Of a stretch of DNA of 64,000 nucleotides, positions 24,907 to 33,056 are shown piece after piece. Each line of letters starts with the position of its first letter. The stretch's first letter is position 1. The position numbers and the translations under genes are program-made. The stretch comes from a phage, in the NCBI GenBank assembly GCA_025830695.1, contig GCA_025830695.1_4111.2; one strand, written 5' to 3'. The notes below the pieces were generated by a model, which was not told where the DNA came from, made no database searches, and worked only from the letters and a program-made list of their open reading frames with translations.

Positions 24907-24914
24907 GCTGGTGG
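24907..24914 (+). other. Chi octamer GCTGGTGG just downstream of element R copy 4
   Basis: exact octamer. Confidence 0.5.
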
Positions 24915-24938
24915 AGTGAAAACTATTAATAAAAAGTA

Positions 24939-24967
24939 TTGACAAAGTATATCAGTACTGCAATAAT
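24939..24967 (+). promoter_or_regulatory. promoter
   Basis: TTGACA 24939-24944, AGTACTGCAATAAT -10 region. Confidence 0.5.
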
Positions 24968-25020
24968 GTATCTCGTAGGGCGGCAATGGTGCGACGGTCC
25001 ACAAAGTTAGGAGATTCAAA

Positions 25021-25353
25021 ATGAGTACTTCAATCGCTATCGTTAAAGCTTTCATCCGTACCAATGTTTCATCTGTATTCATCGACGGTCTGGATCGGGA
25101 AGTAGAATACTCAATCATTATCGCACAGACTGCAAACGGTGCTCGGTATATCCTTAATGATAGTGAAGCAAATCACTACTACTTCACTAAAGCTACTGGC
25201 TTTAAACGCATCGATGCTGACGTAGTATACGCTAAGATGAATAAGCTGGTAGACAAGATTAACGCGAAAGGTACTATCGATTTACAGTACTGGACCGAAA
25301 CCGATCCAGAATATGGTTCTCACCGCTATCTGAATCCAGGTATTAAAATGTAA
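25021..25353 (+). CDS. hypothetical protein (110 aa)
   Basis: ORF track; SD AGGAGA. Confidence 0.65.
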   Translation: MSTSIAIVKAFIRTNVSSVFIDGLDREVEYSIIIAQTANGARYILNDSEANHYYFTKATGFKRIDADVVYAKMNKLVDKINAKGTIDLQYWTETDPEYGSHRYLNPGIKM

Positions 25354-25360
25354 AAAGTAC

Positions 25361-25422
25361 TTGCATAGTACTTAGAATCAAGTATAATGTTTTACATAGA
25401 GAGGGGGAAATGGTTCTCCCTC
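25361..25422 (+). promoter_or_regulatory. early promoter + 5-prime hairpin cassette
   Basis: TTGCAT 25361-25366, TATAAT 25383-25388, hairpin GAGGGGGAAATGGTTCTCCCTC. Confidence 0.7.
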
Positions 25423-25442
25423 CTAAATTAAGGAGTTTTATC

Positions 25443-25844
25443 ATGACCTTCTCAATCAATTCCTTCGCTGACGTTTTAGTACTGGCTCGGACTTTTGGTA
25501 AAGATGCACTGGAGTACGCTGTAAGTAATGGTACTATCCAACCGGAACAGTGCCGCATCATTGGAAACTGCAAACGTTGGGCGGTATCCAATACTATTGC
25601 ACTGGAAAACTTCCACGATGGCAACAATGAATATTCTGTTGATGTAGTATTCGAAGCCGTTGATCTCGGCGGTATCTATAATACTAACCTGAATGATGTG
25701 CGTATCGTTCGCACGGGGTTCGGTGCGTATGATGTATCTATTCGTGAAGCTATGAACACCGGATACATTAGCAAGGACTTACTTGCTCACATCATGCAGC
25801 TGTGTACGGAACGTAACGAAGCACGCACTATCTTAGGACTGTAA
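25443..25844 (+). CDS. hypothetical protein (133 aa)
   Basis: start moved to ATG 25443 (MTFSINSF); SD AAGGAG. Confidence 0.65.
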   Translation: MTFSINSFADVLVLARTFGKDALEYAVSNGTIQPEQCRIIGNCKRWAVSNTIALENFHDGNNEYSVDVVFEAVDLGGIYNTNLNDVRIVRTGFGAYDVSIREAMNTGYISKDLLAHIMQLCTERNEARTILGL

Positions 25845-25912
25845 GCGTTACACATCACCAAACATCATAGGCCGCCTTGTAGCGGCCTTAACTATATCAG
25901 GAGGGCATACAT

Positions 25913-26122
25913 ATGTTCTATACAGTATACAGCGTTCTAGGTACTATTGCAGGCGTACATGATAACGTCAATGATGCTATGCGTACAGTACTGCAACAGG
26001 TTCCACTAAAGCCTAAGACCATTAAGCAGATGACAGCACGACTAACCAGGGCGACCGATGGCGTGGAAGTATGGCAGGACTACGGGGATACACAGATAAT
26101 CGTTAGCGTAACGAAGGATTAA
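25913..26122 (+). CDS. hypothetical protein (69 aa)
   Basis: ORF track; SD CAGGAGGG; preceded by GC hairpin GGCCGC-CTTGTA-GCGGCC. Confidence 0.6.
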   Translation: MFYTVYSVLGTIAGVHDNVNDAMRTVLQQVPLKPKTIKQMTARLTRATDGVEVWQDYGDTQIIVSVTKD

Positions 26123-26340
26123 TGCGTAAAGGGATCTAGTACTGATTCAGAAAAAAGTCAAGGCGTTTTTAAAATTATGCGTTAAAAAAATGCATAGGTA
26201 ATCCCTTGACTTTTTTGAAATAAAAGGGATTGGACTATGGCAAAATGCGTAGGGGGCTAAAGGGCGGGTAACCTTAGCGACTTCGATAAAGGGGTATTAC
26301 GAATAAAATGTTATTGACTTTTTATATGAATCGTATAAAA
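26123..26340. promoter_or_regulatory. non-coding control region upstream of family B array (inverted repeats, AATGCGT repeats, weak promoter TTGACT 26314-26319)
   Basis: inverted repeat AAAAAAGTCAAGG (26151-26163) / CCTTGACTTTTTT (26204-26216); AATGCGT at 26121, 26177, 26244. Confidence 0.45.
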
Positions 26341-26371
26341 TATGATTGATATTAATTTTAAGGGAGTCCCT

Positions 26372-26569
26372 ATGCGTATTTTAACTAAAGAACAGCACCA
26401 CGAAAGACTTATCAATAACATGGCTATGATAATGTATAAGTCCCATGACCGTGGTATTGCCTATAAGCGTGAATTAATTATGGCACTATTCATTGGAACT
26501 AACTTTCAGGAAAGGTATGTCAACGATTGGATTTGGTATTTAATTGAAGATATAACGAGTAAACTATGA
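26372..26569 (+). CDS. family B small paralog (LGTNYQE motif family)
   Basis: track ORF trimmed to ATG 26372 (MRILTKEQ) with SD AAGGGAG; motif FIGTNFQERYV. Confidence 0.6.
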   Translation: MRILTKEQHHERLINNMAMIMYKSHDRGIAYKRELIMALFIGTNFQERYVNDWIWYLIEDITSKL

Positions 26570-26766
26570 AAATGCGTATTTTAAATAAAGAAGAATATCA
26601 ATCACTGTTACGTAAAAACTACGTAAAGATTTACAACACAGACACACACGTAGAACGAATGGAGTTATACCTTTTGATTACATTGGGAACAAACTATCAG
26701 GGTAGATGGGTGTGGCAATATATGGATACATTGAAAAATAAAATATTGTCCACGAGGAAACAATGA
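26566..26766 (+). CDS. family B small paralog
   Basis: ATGA-coupled; LGTNYQGRWV. Confidence 0.6.
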   Translation: MKMRILNKEEYQSLLRKNYVKIYNTDTHVERMELYLLITLGTNYQGRWVWQYMDTLKNKILSTRKQ

Positions 26767-26972
26767 AAACTATAACACGAACCCAATCATACGGTCTTAT
26801 CTTGAAATACATGGACTTAATGGTGGATATCAGCAAAGACCTGCCTAAAACTGAAATTGAAGTTGCAAGAGCAGAGATCCGCATGTTGGCTGTACTGAAC
26901 ACAAACCATCAGGAAGATTATGTTGAAGAATGGATTCGATTTTTAATAGAAGATATTAAGAGTAAAATATGA
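26763..26972 (+). CDS. family B small paralog
   Basis: ATGA-coupled; LNTNHQEDYV. Confidence 0.6.
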   Translation: MKTITRTQSYGLILKYMDLMVDISKDLPKTEIEVARAEIRMLAVLNTNHQEDYVEEWIRFLIEDIKSKI

Positions 26973-27184
26973 TTATTATAGAAAACTCATATCAATATAC
27001 TGAACGCATCGCTGCCAGACAACTTGAAATCCTCATAATATACGAAGAGACGTCTGATTTAAACTTAGCCGAGGTATTGGAAAATGAAATACTTTTGGGT
27101 GCATTCTTGGGAACAGACTATCAGGAGTATTATGAGGAAAAGTATTTGTCATCTCTTGAGAAATACATCAGGAGCAAATTATGA
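26969..27184 (+). CDS. family B small paralog
   Basis: LGTDYQEYYE. Confidence 0.6.
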   Translation: MIIIENSYQYTERIAARQLEILIIYEETSDLNLAEVLENEILLGAFLGTDYQEYYEEKYLSSLEKYIRSKL

Positions 27185-27393
27185 TTATATTAACACCTGA
27201 AGAATATAAGAAACGTTTTAATTCTGTCCAGACTGAAATATTACTTATATACCTTTCAAATGCAGACCTTAACTTATCAAGGGCAATGGAGAAGGATTTA
27301 CTTATGGGTGCATTTTTGGATACAGACTTTCAGGAGTATTATGTAGGGAAATACTTAATTGAACTTCAGAACTACATTAAGAGTAAACTATGA
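27181..27393 (+). CDS. family B small paralog
   Basis: LDTDFQEYYV; near-duplicate of 26969 gene. Confidence 0.6.
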   Translation: MIILTPEEYKKRFNSVQTEILLIYLSNADLNLSRAMEKDLLMGAFLDTDFQEYYVGKYLIELQNYIKSKL

Positions 27394-27617
27394 AACATTT
27401 AAGTAATATTGAGAAGATGAGAATTATCATTGATGCATTAAACAAATACGATACCCTTTTACAAATAAAAGGTTTAACTCGATTGGAACACAAGATAAAC
27501 ACCACCGATGTACGCATGTTGGCTGTACTGGGGACGAACTTCCAGGAAGAGTATGTTATTGCACACATAGTTGCACTCAAGAATTACATTATGGACAAAT
27601 GTAATGAACATCATTAA
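27390..27617 (+). CDS. family B small paralog
   Basis: LGTNFQEEYV. Confidence 0.6.
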   Translation: MKHLSNIEKMRIIIDALNKYDTLLQIKGLTRLEHKINTTDVRMLAVLGTNFQEEYVIAHIVALKNYIMDKCNEHH

Positions 27618-27828
27618 TAACTTTGAATACGAGGCCCGTGCTAAGAGTGCCAGAAAAAAAGAGAACACCATTTACTTCACTATGATGTACTTACAATGGA
27701 CTGAAATTGAAGAAAAGGTTGCTGAAGTATGGATGTTGGAATTCATGGGGACGCAGTATCAGAATAGGTTTGCGGGTGAGTATATCGATGTTCTTATGAA
27801 ACAAATAGAAAGAAAGGAAAAGAACTAA
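27604..27828 (+). CDS. family B small paralog
   Basis: track ORF trimmed to MNIINNFEYEA; MGTQYQNRF. Confidence 0.55.
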   Translation: MNIINNFEYEARAKSARKKENTIYFTMMYLQWTEIEEKVAEVWMLEFMGTQYQNRFAGEYIDVLMKQIERKEKN

Positions 27829-27986
27829 TGGTTTTCATTAACATATCTGACCAACTCGATACTAAACTAGAAGTCGAGCAGAGTGAGGGATGGATGCTGT
27901 ACTTTCTTGGAACTTCTCATCAAAATTTTTATATCCATGAACACATAGTTGCACTCACAAATCTAATAAGGGATAAATGTAAATGA
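27828..27986 (+). CDS. family B small paralog (52 aa)
   Basis: read by eye; TAATG junction; LGTSHQNFY. Confidence 0.5.
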   Translation: MVFINISDQLDTKLEVEQSEGWMLYFLGTSHQNFYIHEHIVALTNLIRDKCK

Positions 27987-28240
27987 AACACTTGACGGAC
28001 GATGAATATTCACTTAGAATTCGAAAGCTCACCCCAGAAGCAAGAGTAATCTACGATGACGATGCACTTTCATGGAACGAGATGAAAGTTAAAGTTCATG
28101 AGCTATGGTTGCTGTACTTTGTGGGAACCCAATATCAAGAGAAATATTGTACCGATTATCTTGAACAACTAATGGATCTTATACAGATAAAACTAAATGA
28201 ACGAATTGTGGAAAAATATGAAAACTTTATCAAGCACTGA
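27983..28240 (+). CDS. family B paralog with C-terminal extension (lost stop)
   Basis: VGTQYQEKY; usual ...KL-stop junction mutated so ORF reads 14 codons further. Confidence 0.55.
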   Translation: MKHLTDDEYSLRIRKLTPEARVIYDDDALSWNEMKVKVHELWLLYFVGTQYQEKYCTDYLEQLMDLIQIKLNERIVEKYENFIKH

Positions 28241-28469
28241 GTATCAGACTGCCCTCTTCTCTCTTCTAAACACCCTTCGCACTAACAATAAACTTTATAA
28301 TTCCCGTGAAGCTGATATCGTCAACGCTGATGTATATCTTAATAAATTCATAGGGACTAACTATCAAGAACTGTTCACTCTACGATATATCTCTGCATTG
28401 AGAAACGAAATATCAGATAAAACCCGCCAAGCCAGAAGAGAATGGAAGAAACAATGCGACAAAGACTAA
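28218..28469 (+). CDS. family B small paralog
   Basis: track ORF trimmed to MKTLSSTEYQ; IGTNYQELF. Confidence 0.5.
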   Translation: MKTLSSTEYQTALFSLLNTLRTNNKLYNSREADIVNADVYLNKFIGTNYQELFTLRYISALRNEISDKTRQARREWKKQCDKD

Positions 28470-28702
28470 ATCACAAAATGTATTGTAAACTATTGCAGAC
28501 ACTGGCACAGAAACACTATGACACGGTATCTGAAATATTACCCTATGATATCATGCGTTTACTTCACTGTGAGGCCGAGATGCTTGTACTGATGACAGGC
28601 ACTGATAAAACAGCAATCGCCAGATCGATAGAGCAATATATTGATGCACACTGCCAACACATGAGAACCGAAATCTGGAGGAAAGAGAATGATAATCCTT
28701 AA
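28442..28702 (+). CDS. family B-like paralog (divergent; start uncertain, 28442 or 28454)
   Basis: ORF track; MTGTDKTAI in motif position. Confidence 0.45.
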   Translation: MEETMRQRLNHKMYCKLLQTLAQKHYDTVSEILPYDIMRLLHCEAEMLVLMTGTDKTAIARSIEQYIDAHCQHMRTEIWRKENDNP

Positions 28703-28904
28703 TGAGTATCAGTATCATTGGAGGTTACAAACTATCAAATCAAAAGTGTATAGTATTGTGTTAAACAAATCTATTGCACAAGAGGACAAATGTGTTATAA
28801 TAGCTGAAATGAAGTTGGGTGTATTCGTAGGGACAAACTATCAAAACATCTACACTGACGTATTATTAAGTTCCTTACGTAACAAGGTGGTATCCAAAAT
28901 ATGA
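28689..28904 (+). CDS. family B small paralog
   Basis: VGTNYQNIY. Confidence 0.6.
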   Translation: MIILNEYQYHWRLQTIKSKVYSIVLNKSIAQEDKCVIIAEMKLGVFVGTNYQNIYTDVLLSSLRNKVVSKI

Positions 28905-29119
28905 GAAATTTACAAGGCTTTGAATACATCAGACTCCTGAAAACATGTGGAAGCAGAAGGAGAATGATATCAAGCGATAAGAGCATCCAAGCTAACCTTA
29001 AGCACGCACTAGTAACTGAACTCTATGTAGGTGCACTCTTAGGCACAAACTATCAACAAATGTATGTAGATCTATGGATTGACGCTCTACAGAAAGAGGT
29101 TAAAAGTAAATGCAAATGA
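28901..29119 (+). CDS. family B small paralog
   Basis: LGTNYQQMY. Confidence 0.6.
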   Translation: MRNLQGFEYIRLLKTCGSRRRMISSDKSIQANLKHALVTELYVGALLGTNYQQMYVDLWIDALQKEVKSKCK

Positions 29120-29328
29120 TTAATTTAAGTAAAGACGAATTTTATGTTCTACTGGCGAAAACTTATCCAGCACGGAAGGCCGTTTATGATAGTCACATTA
29201 TTGAACCCTCAAAGAAGTTGATTTTAGTAAATGAGATTAAGATGCTTTCAGTCTTAGGAACAAACTATCAAGAGAATGCTGTACTGATGTTAATTGATGC
29301 CCTCCAGAGAGAGATACAAAGTAAATGA
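29110..29328 (+). CDS. family B small paralog
   Basis: LGTNYQENA. Confidence 0.6.
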   Translation: MQMINLSKDEFYVLLAKTYPARKAVYDSHIIEPSKKLILVNEIKMLSVLGTNYQENAVLMLIDALQREIQSK

Positions 29329-29549
29329 TTAATTTAACTTACCATGAATATCAAAAACGTTTAAATGCATCCAGAGATATAAGGATTCAAATATTCAATA
29401 ACAAAAGATTGAAGCCTGATATCAGAAAAATCAAAATTATAGAAGCAGAGTTATGCAACTTTCTAGGGACCAACTATCAGGCAGGTAAGGTAAAAAACTA
29501 TCTTAGAGAACTAATGAATAGTATTGAAAATAAATGTAAGGGTAATTAA
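29325..29549 (+). CDS. family B small paralog
   Basis: LGTNYQAGK. Confidence 0.6.
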   Translation: MINLTYHEYQKRLNASRDIRIQIFNNKRLKPDIRKIKIIEAELCNFLGTNYQAGKVKNYLRELMNSIENKCKGN

Positions 29550-29550
29550 C

Positions 29551-29790
29551 ATGAAAATGATTAAATTATCTCAAGCAAAATATAAAGAACGCCTGGTAAA
29601 AATTGCACCTGGACTTAATGAAATCCATCACGGAGAAGTCATTAAACACGGAAATAAGATGATTATGAAACTTGAGTTAAAGGTGGGTGCATTCATAGGA
29701 ACAAACTATCAGGAGTATTATGTAGATGAATACATAATCGCACTTAAGAGATATATTGGAAGAAAACTATATCTACAAACTAAAGAATAG
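29551..29790 (+). CDS. family B small paralog
   Basis: track ORF trimmed to MKMIKLSQ; IGTNYQEYY. Confidence 0.55.
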   Translation: MKMIKLSQAKYKERLVKIAPGLNEIHHGEVIKHGNKMIMKLELKVGAFIGTNYQEYYVDEYIIALKRYIGRKLYLQTKE

Positions 29791-29819
29791 TATTGAAAAT
29801 AAATGTGAGGTTGATGAAC

Positions 29820-30083
29820 ATGCAAATGATCAATTTAAGTAAAGATGAATATACCGAGCGTATGACAAAAATTACGCACAAACGTAATACAATCTATCAC
29901 AACCCAGAAATTCAACACAGTAAGAAAATGATTATGATGCGTGAGTTAAAGATGGGTGTATTCTTAGGAACAAACTATCAAGATACAGAAGTAAATCGCT
30001 TAATCGCGGAGTTACTACTGGAAATCAGAGGTAAGCTGTACTTTTATCAAATGACCCAACCACTGAGGTGTACTAAGAAATGA
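29820..30083 (+). CDS. family B small paralog
   Basis: track ORF trimmed to MQMINLSKDEY; LGTNYQDTE; upstream junction duplicates preceding junction. Confidence 0.55.
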   Translation: MQMINLSKDEYTERMTKITHKRNTIYHNPEIQHSKKMIMMRELKMGVFLGTNYQDTEVNRLIAELLLEIRGKLYFYQMTQPLRCTKK

Positions 30084-30295
30084 ACAACATCACATTGCAA
30101 GAAAGATTCATCCGAATCAACTATGCAATTACCAAATTAGATGCTACTATAGGATTCCAAAGTCTACCATACAAAACCAGATTGTTATTAGAGTGTGAAG
30201 CTAAGTTGGGTGTACTGTTAGGGACGCAACACCAACAACGATATGTGGAAATCTGGATTGACCTTTTAACCCAAAATATATATGAGAGAATGTAA
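30080..30295 (+). CDS. family B small paralog
   Basis: LGTQHQQRY. Confidence 0.6.
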   Translation: MNNITLQERFIRINYAITKLDATIGFQSLPYKTRLLLECEAKLGVLLGTQHQQRYVEIWIDLLTQNIYERM

Positions 30296-30526
30296 ATGCA
30301 AAATGAAATGATATACTTAACGAATGAAGAATTTCAAGAGAAGATGTTAAAAACCAAAAACATTACTCTTAAGTTCGTTCCAAATCAATCAATATCTGAA
30401 GTATCTGCAAATGTATTGTTTCAGAAGCTACCATACGTTCTTGGAACTGATAAACAAGAATTTATGGTTCAAAATATGATTGAACATCTTATAATGAGTA
30501 TTAAGGAAAAAGTAAATGCAAAATGA
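30296..30526 (+). CDS. family B paralog (subtype with LPYxLGTD[KR]QE)
   Basis: MQNEMIYLTNEEF; near-duplicate N-terminus with next gene. Confidence 0.6.
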   Translation: MQNEMIYLTNEEFQEKMLKTKNITLKFVPNQSISEVSANVLFQKLPYVLGTDKQEFMVQNMIEHLIMSIKEKVNAK

Positions 30527-30770
30527 AATGATATACTTAACCTATAATGAATACGTCGAGAGATTAGTTCGTGCCAAGAGATATACCAATAAACGTCCAA
30601 TTGACCTAAACCAAACCCCAGCAGAAAGGAGTGCAGAAGTATTATTCCAATCACTACCATATCTTCTGGGAACTGATAGACAAGAGGAATATGTTGCACG
30701 TATGATTAGATATCTTAAAATCACTATTAAGGAAAAAGTAAATGAAAATGAAATACTTAACAGACGATGA
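30516..30770 (+). CDS. family B paralog (subtype LPYLLGTDRQE)
   Basis: MQNEMIYLTYNEY...PAERSAEVLF. Confidence 0.6.
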   Translation: MQNEMIYLTYNEYVERLVRAKRYTNKRPIDLNQTPAERSAEVLFQSLPYLLGTDRQEEYVARMIRYLKITIKEKVNENEILNRR

Positions 30771-30993
30771 GTTAAAAGAACGACTAATTAAATCAAGAAA
30801 ACATACAAATCAACTTCCAAACGACACAAACAAGTCTCCAGCGGAAAGGAGTGCAGAAGTTTTATACATTCAACTCATGTACTTTCTTGGCACTGACAGA
30901 CAAGAGTATTACATTGAAAGTATGCTTCGATATCTTAAATTCTCTATAAAGGAAAAGATACATGATCAAGTATTTAAAAATCCTAACAGCTAA
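30742..30993 (+). CDS. family B paralog (same subtype)
   Basis: PAERSAEVLYIQLMYFLGTDRQEYY. Confidence 0.6.
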   Translation: MKMKYLTDDELKERLIKSRKHTNQLPNDTNKSPAERSAEVLYIQLMYFLGTDRQEYYIESMLRYLKFSIKEKIHDQVFKNPNS

Positions 30994-31204
30994 TGAATAT
31001 CATAAGATTGTAATGAAGACTAATAGTGCTTACGCTAAAAAATCAAACCCCAAGTACATACTGGAACACACATTCGAAGAACGACAACTAGCTTTAGTTG
31101 AAGCAAAACTTCTTGCACTCTTAGGAACAAACTATCAAGAAGAATACATCAGAAAACTAATATACCTTTTAACTAAACATATAAGAAAAAGAAAAAATGC
31201 ATGA
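30962..31204 (+). CDS. family B small paralog
   Basis: LGTNYQEEY. Confidence 0.6.
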   Translation: MIKYLKILTANEYHKIVMKTNSAYAKKSNPKYILEHTFEERQLALVEAKLLALLGTNYQEEYIRKLIYLLTKHIRKRKNA

Positions 31205-31431
31205 AACACTTGACAGATGATGAACATGGGCTTATAGTAATGGATGTAATCAACATCGAATACAAAAAGTTGATACGCTATCGTTGTTATGAAGATAAGC
31301 AACTCGTTCTAGCAGAACAGAAGTTGTTTCGACTCTTAAACACAAACTACCAAGCACAATACGAAGAATCGTATATGTACCTTTTGGCGAGGAAAGCAAA
31401 AAGAGATTATGAAAATTTTAAGCAAAGGTGA
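31201..31431 (+). CDS. family B small paralog
   Basis: LNTNYQAQY. Confidence 0.6.
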   Translation: MKHLTDDEHGLIVMDVINIEYKKLIRYRCYEDKQLVLAEQKLFRLLNTNYQAQYEESYMYLLARKAKRDYENFKQR

Positions 31432-31630
31432 TTCAGTAATATTACTTATAGAGAGTTCAAGTAAATTCTTAAACATAACACTGTCTGATATAGATGAAGA
31501 TGACAAAGAAGTACTGAGAGCAGATTTAAGAGTACTGTTACATATCGGAACAAACCTACAAGAAGAATATGTAGAGTGCTACATCAATGAACTTAAAGAA
31601 TCAGTACTGAGAAAATGCAAATGCAAATGA
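31409..31630 (+). CDS. family B small paralog
   Basis: IGTNLQEEY. Confidence 0.55.
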   Translation: MKILSKGDSVILLIESSSKFLNITLSDIDEDDKEVLRADLRVLLHIGTNLQEEYVECYINELKESVLRKCKCK

Positions 31631-31848
31631 AAATCATTACCGATGTAGAATACCTAACAATCATAAATGGACTGTTTTTGAAGCTCTTCGTCATTAACAC
31701 ATCAGATATACCAGATATGGATAAAATTATTAAGAGAAATGAAGTCTATGTTCTAGCTACCCTTGGAACGAACTATCAAGAACACGACATTAAAGATTAT
31801 ATTAATACACTTAAACGAGCTATTGAACTAAAATGCCAAAACCACTAG
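31615..31848 (+). CDS. family B small paralog
   Basis: LGTNYQEHD. Confidence 0.55.
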   Translation: MQMQMKIITDVEYLTIINGLFLKLFVINTSDIPDMDKIIKRNEVYVLATLGTNYQEHDIKDYINTLKRAIELKCQNH

Positions 31849-32048
31849 GAACAGCAGAATACATTGAACTCATGGGATTACACTTCTCATCCTTTCAGAA
31901 ACTTATGCGAGAATCAAAGAATGATTTAGAATATACCATCAGAGGTTCCGATTTAAGAATGCTTCTCACCCTAGACACAGATTCCCAAGAGCGATTTGTC
32001 AATGAGCATATTAGAGCACTTTTAATGGAAATTAAAAGTAAACTATGA
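31833..32048 (+). CDS. family B small paralog
   Basis: LDTDSQERF. Confidence 0.55.
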   Translation: MPKPLGTAEYIELMGLHFSSFQKLMRESKNDLEYTIRGSDLRMLLTLDTDSQERFVNEHIRALLMEIKSKL

Positions 32049-32260
32049 AGATAATATCAAACCAAGAGTACTTGGCACTATTCAGGAAGAATAATCACAA
32101 ATATATGGCACTTGATTCAAGAACTGATATAAGTGAACTTGAAAAAAATCTTTTGCGTTCAGATATGATAGTACTGACACTCTTAGGAACACAGCATCAA
32201 GAGAGAACTGTTAATTCACACATAGGTATTCTTATACAGATTGTACAGGAAAAGATATGA
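32045..32260 (+). CDS. family B small paralog
   Basis: LGTQHQERT. Confidence 0.6.
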   Translation: MKIISNQEYLALFRKNNHKYMALDSRTDISELEKNLLRSDMIVLTLLGTQHQERTVNSHIGILIQIVQEKI

Positions 32261-32478
32261 GAATCATAACACAACAAGATATTCTTAAGTTCACAAGGGT
32301 TCATGCATCTGAATTTGATGCTATATTATCAAAAAGTTACAATGACCCTTATACACAAGATGTACATTACAGTGAATTATGGATGTATATACTTTTAGGT
32401 ACAAATAAGCAAGAGCAAGCCGTACAGAAGTATTTGACAGCTTTACGTGATGCTACTGCTAATGGAGTATGTGTTTAA
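32257..32478 (+). CDS. family B small paralog
   Basis: LGTNKQEQA. Confidence 0.6.
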   Translation: MRIITQQDILKFTRVHASEFDAILSKSYNDPYTQDVHYSELWMYILLGTNKQEQAVQKYLTALRDATANGVCV

Positions 32479-32479
32479 T

Positions 32480-32722
32480 ATGAAAGTACTGACAGAACTA
32501 GAAATGTATCATAGATTTAATAAGTACTATCATTTACTTAAGCCTATACAGAGGATTAAATGTCCATTTGAAGAGAAACAGGTTTTAATCTATGAGCACA
32601 AGTTCTTTGTATCATTAGGTACAGATCAACAAGAGTACTATTTGACGTTGTACTTGATTACATTAATAGATTTAATTCACTATAAAACCAAACAAGCTAA
32701 TAAAGAGAAATATGAAAACTAA
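32480..32722 (+). CDS. family B small paralog (last of main array)
   Basis: track ORF trimmed to MKVLTELEMY; LGTDQQEYY. Confidence 0.55.
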   Translation: MKVLTELEMYHRFNKYYHLLKPIQRIKCPFEEKQVLIYEHKFFVSLGTDQQEYYLTLYLITLIDLIHYKTKQANKEKYEN

Positions 32723-33056
32723 TATACAACTCAAGGTATATAAATCATTTGAACATACATATATCAAAAGTAGTCTATGTAGAGATGTAATGGATTACAA
32801 GGGTAAACCATTCACAATTACCTATGATTCTTATGTTAGTGATTTATATATATCATTTGTTAATTACGAAAATAAAATATACAAGCACGTTGATATTAAA
32901 GATTTAAGTACTTTATCACCAGAGGAATACTTTCAGGAATCATTAGTATGGGATTTAGAGTTTCCTATGCCATTAGTACATAAGATGATAGTACTAATGA
33001 AAGAATCTAAACAGGAGCCTAATGGTGATTATGAAGAACACATCGTTGAGTATTAA
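32712..33056 (+). CDS. family C paralog (E-E-x-Y/F-F-Q-x-S-L/T-V-x-D motif family)
   Basis: LSTLSPEEYFQESLVWD. Confidence 0.6.
   Translation: MKTNIQLKVYKSFEHTYIKSSLCRDVMDYKGKPFTITYDSYVSDLYISFVNYENKIYKHVDIKDLSTLSPEEYFQESLVWDLEFPMPLVHKMIVLMKESKQEPNGDYEEHIVEY

Noticed and set aside
8441-25410. N-terminal extensions in the ORF track (for example MFYIESG..., MVLPGNEE...) that begin at the ATG inside the promoter -10 box TATAATG or run through the 5-prime hairpin
   Set aside because: These starts lie inside promoter and hairpin sequence and have no RBS; a downstream in-frame ATG with a Shine-Dalgarno site is present in every case, so the shorter ORF was annotated.
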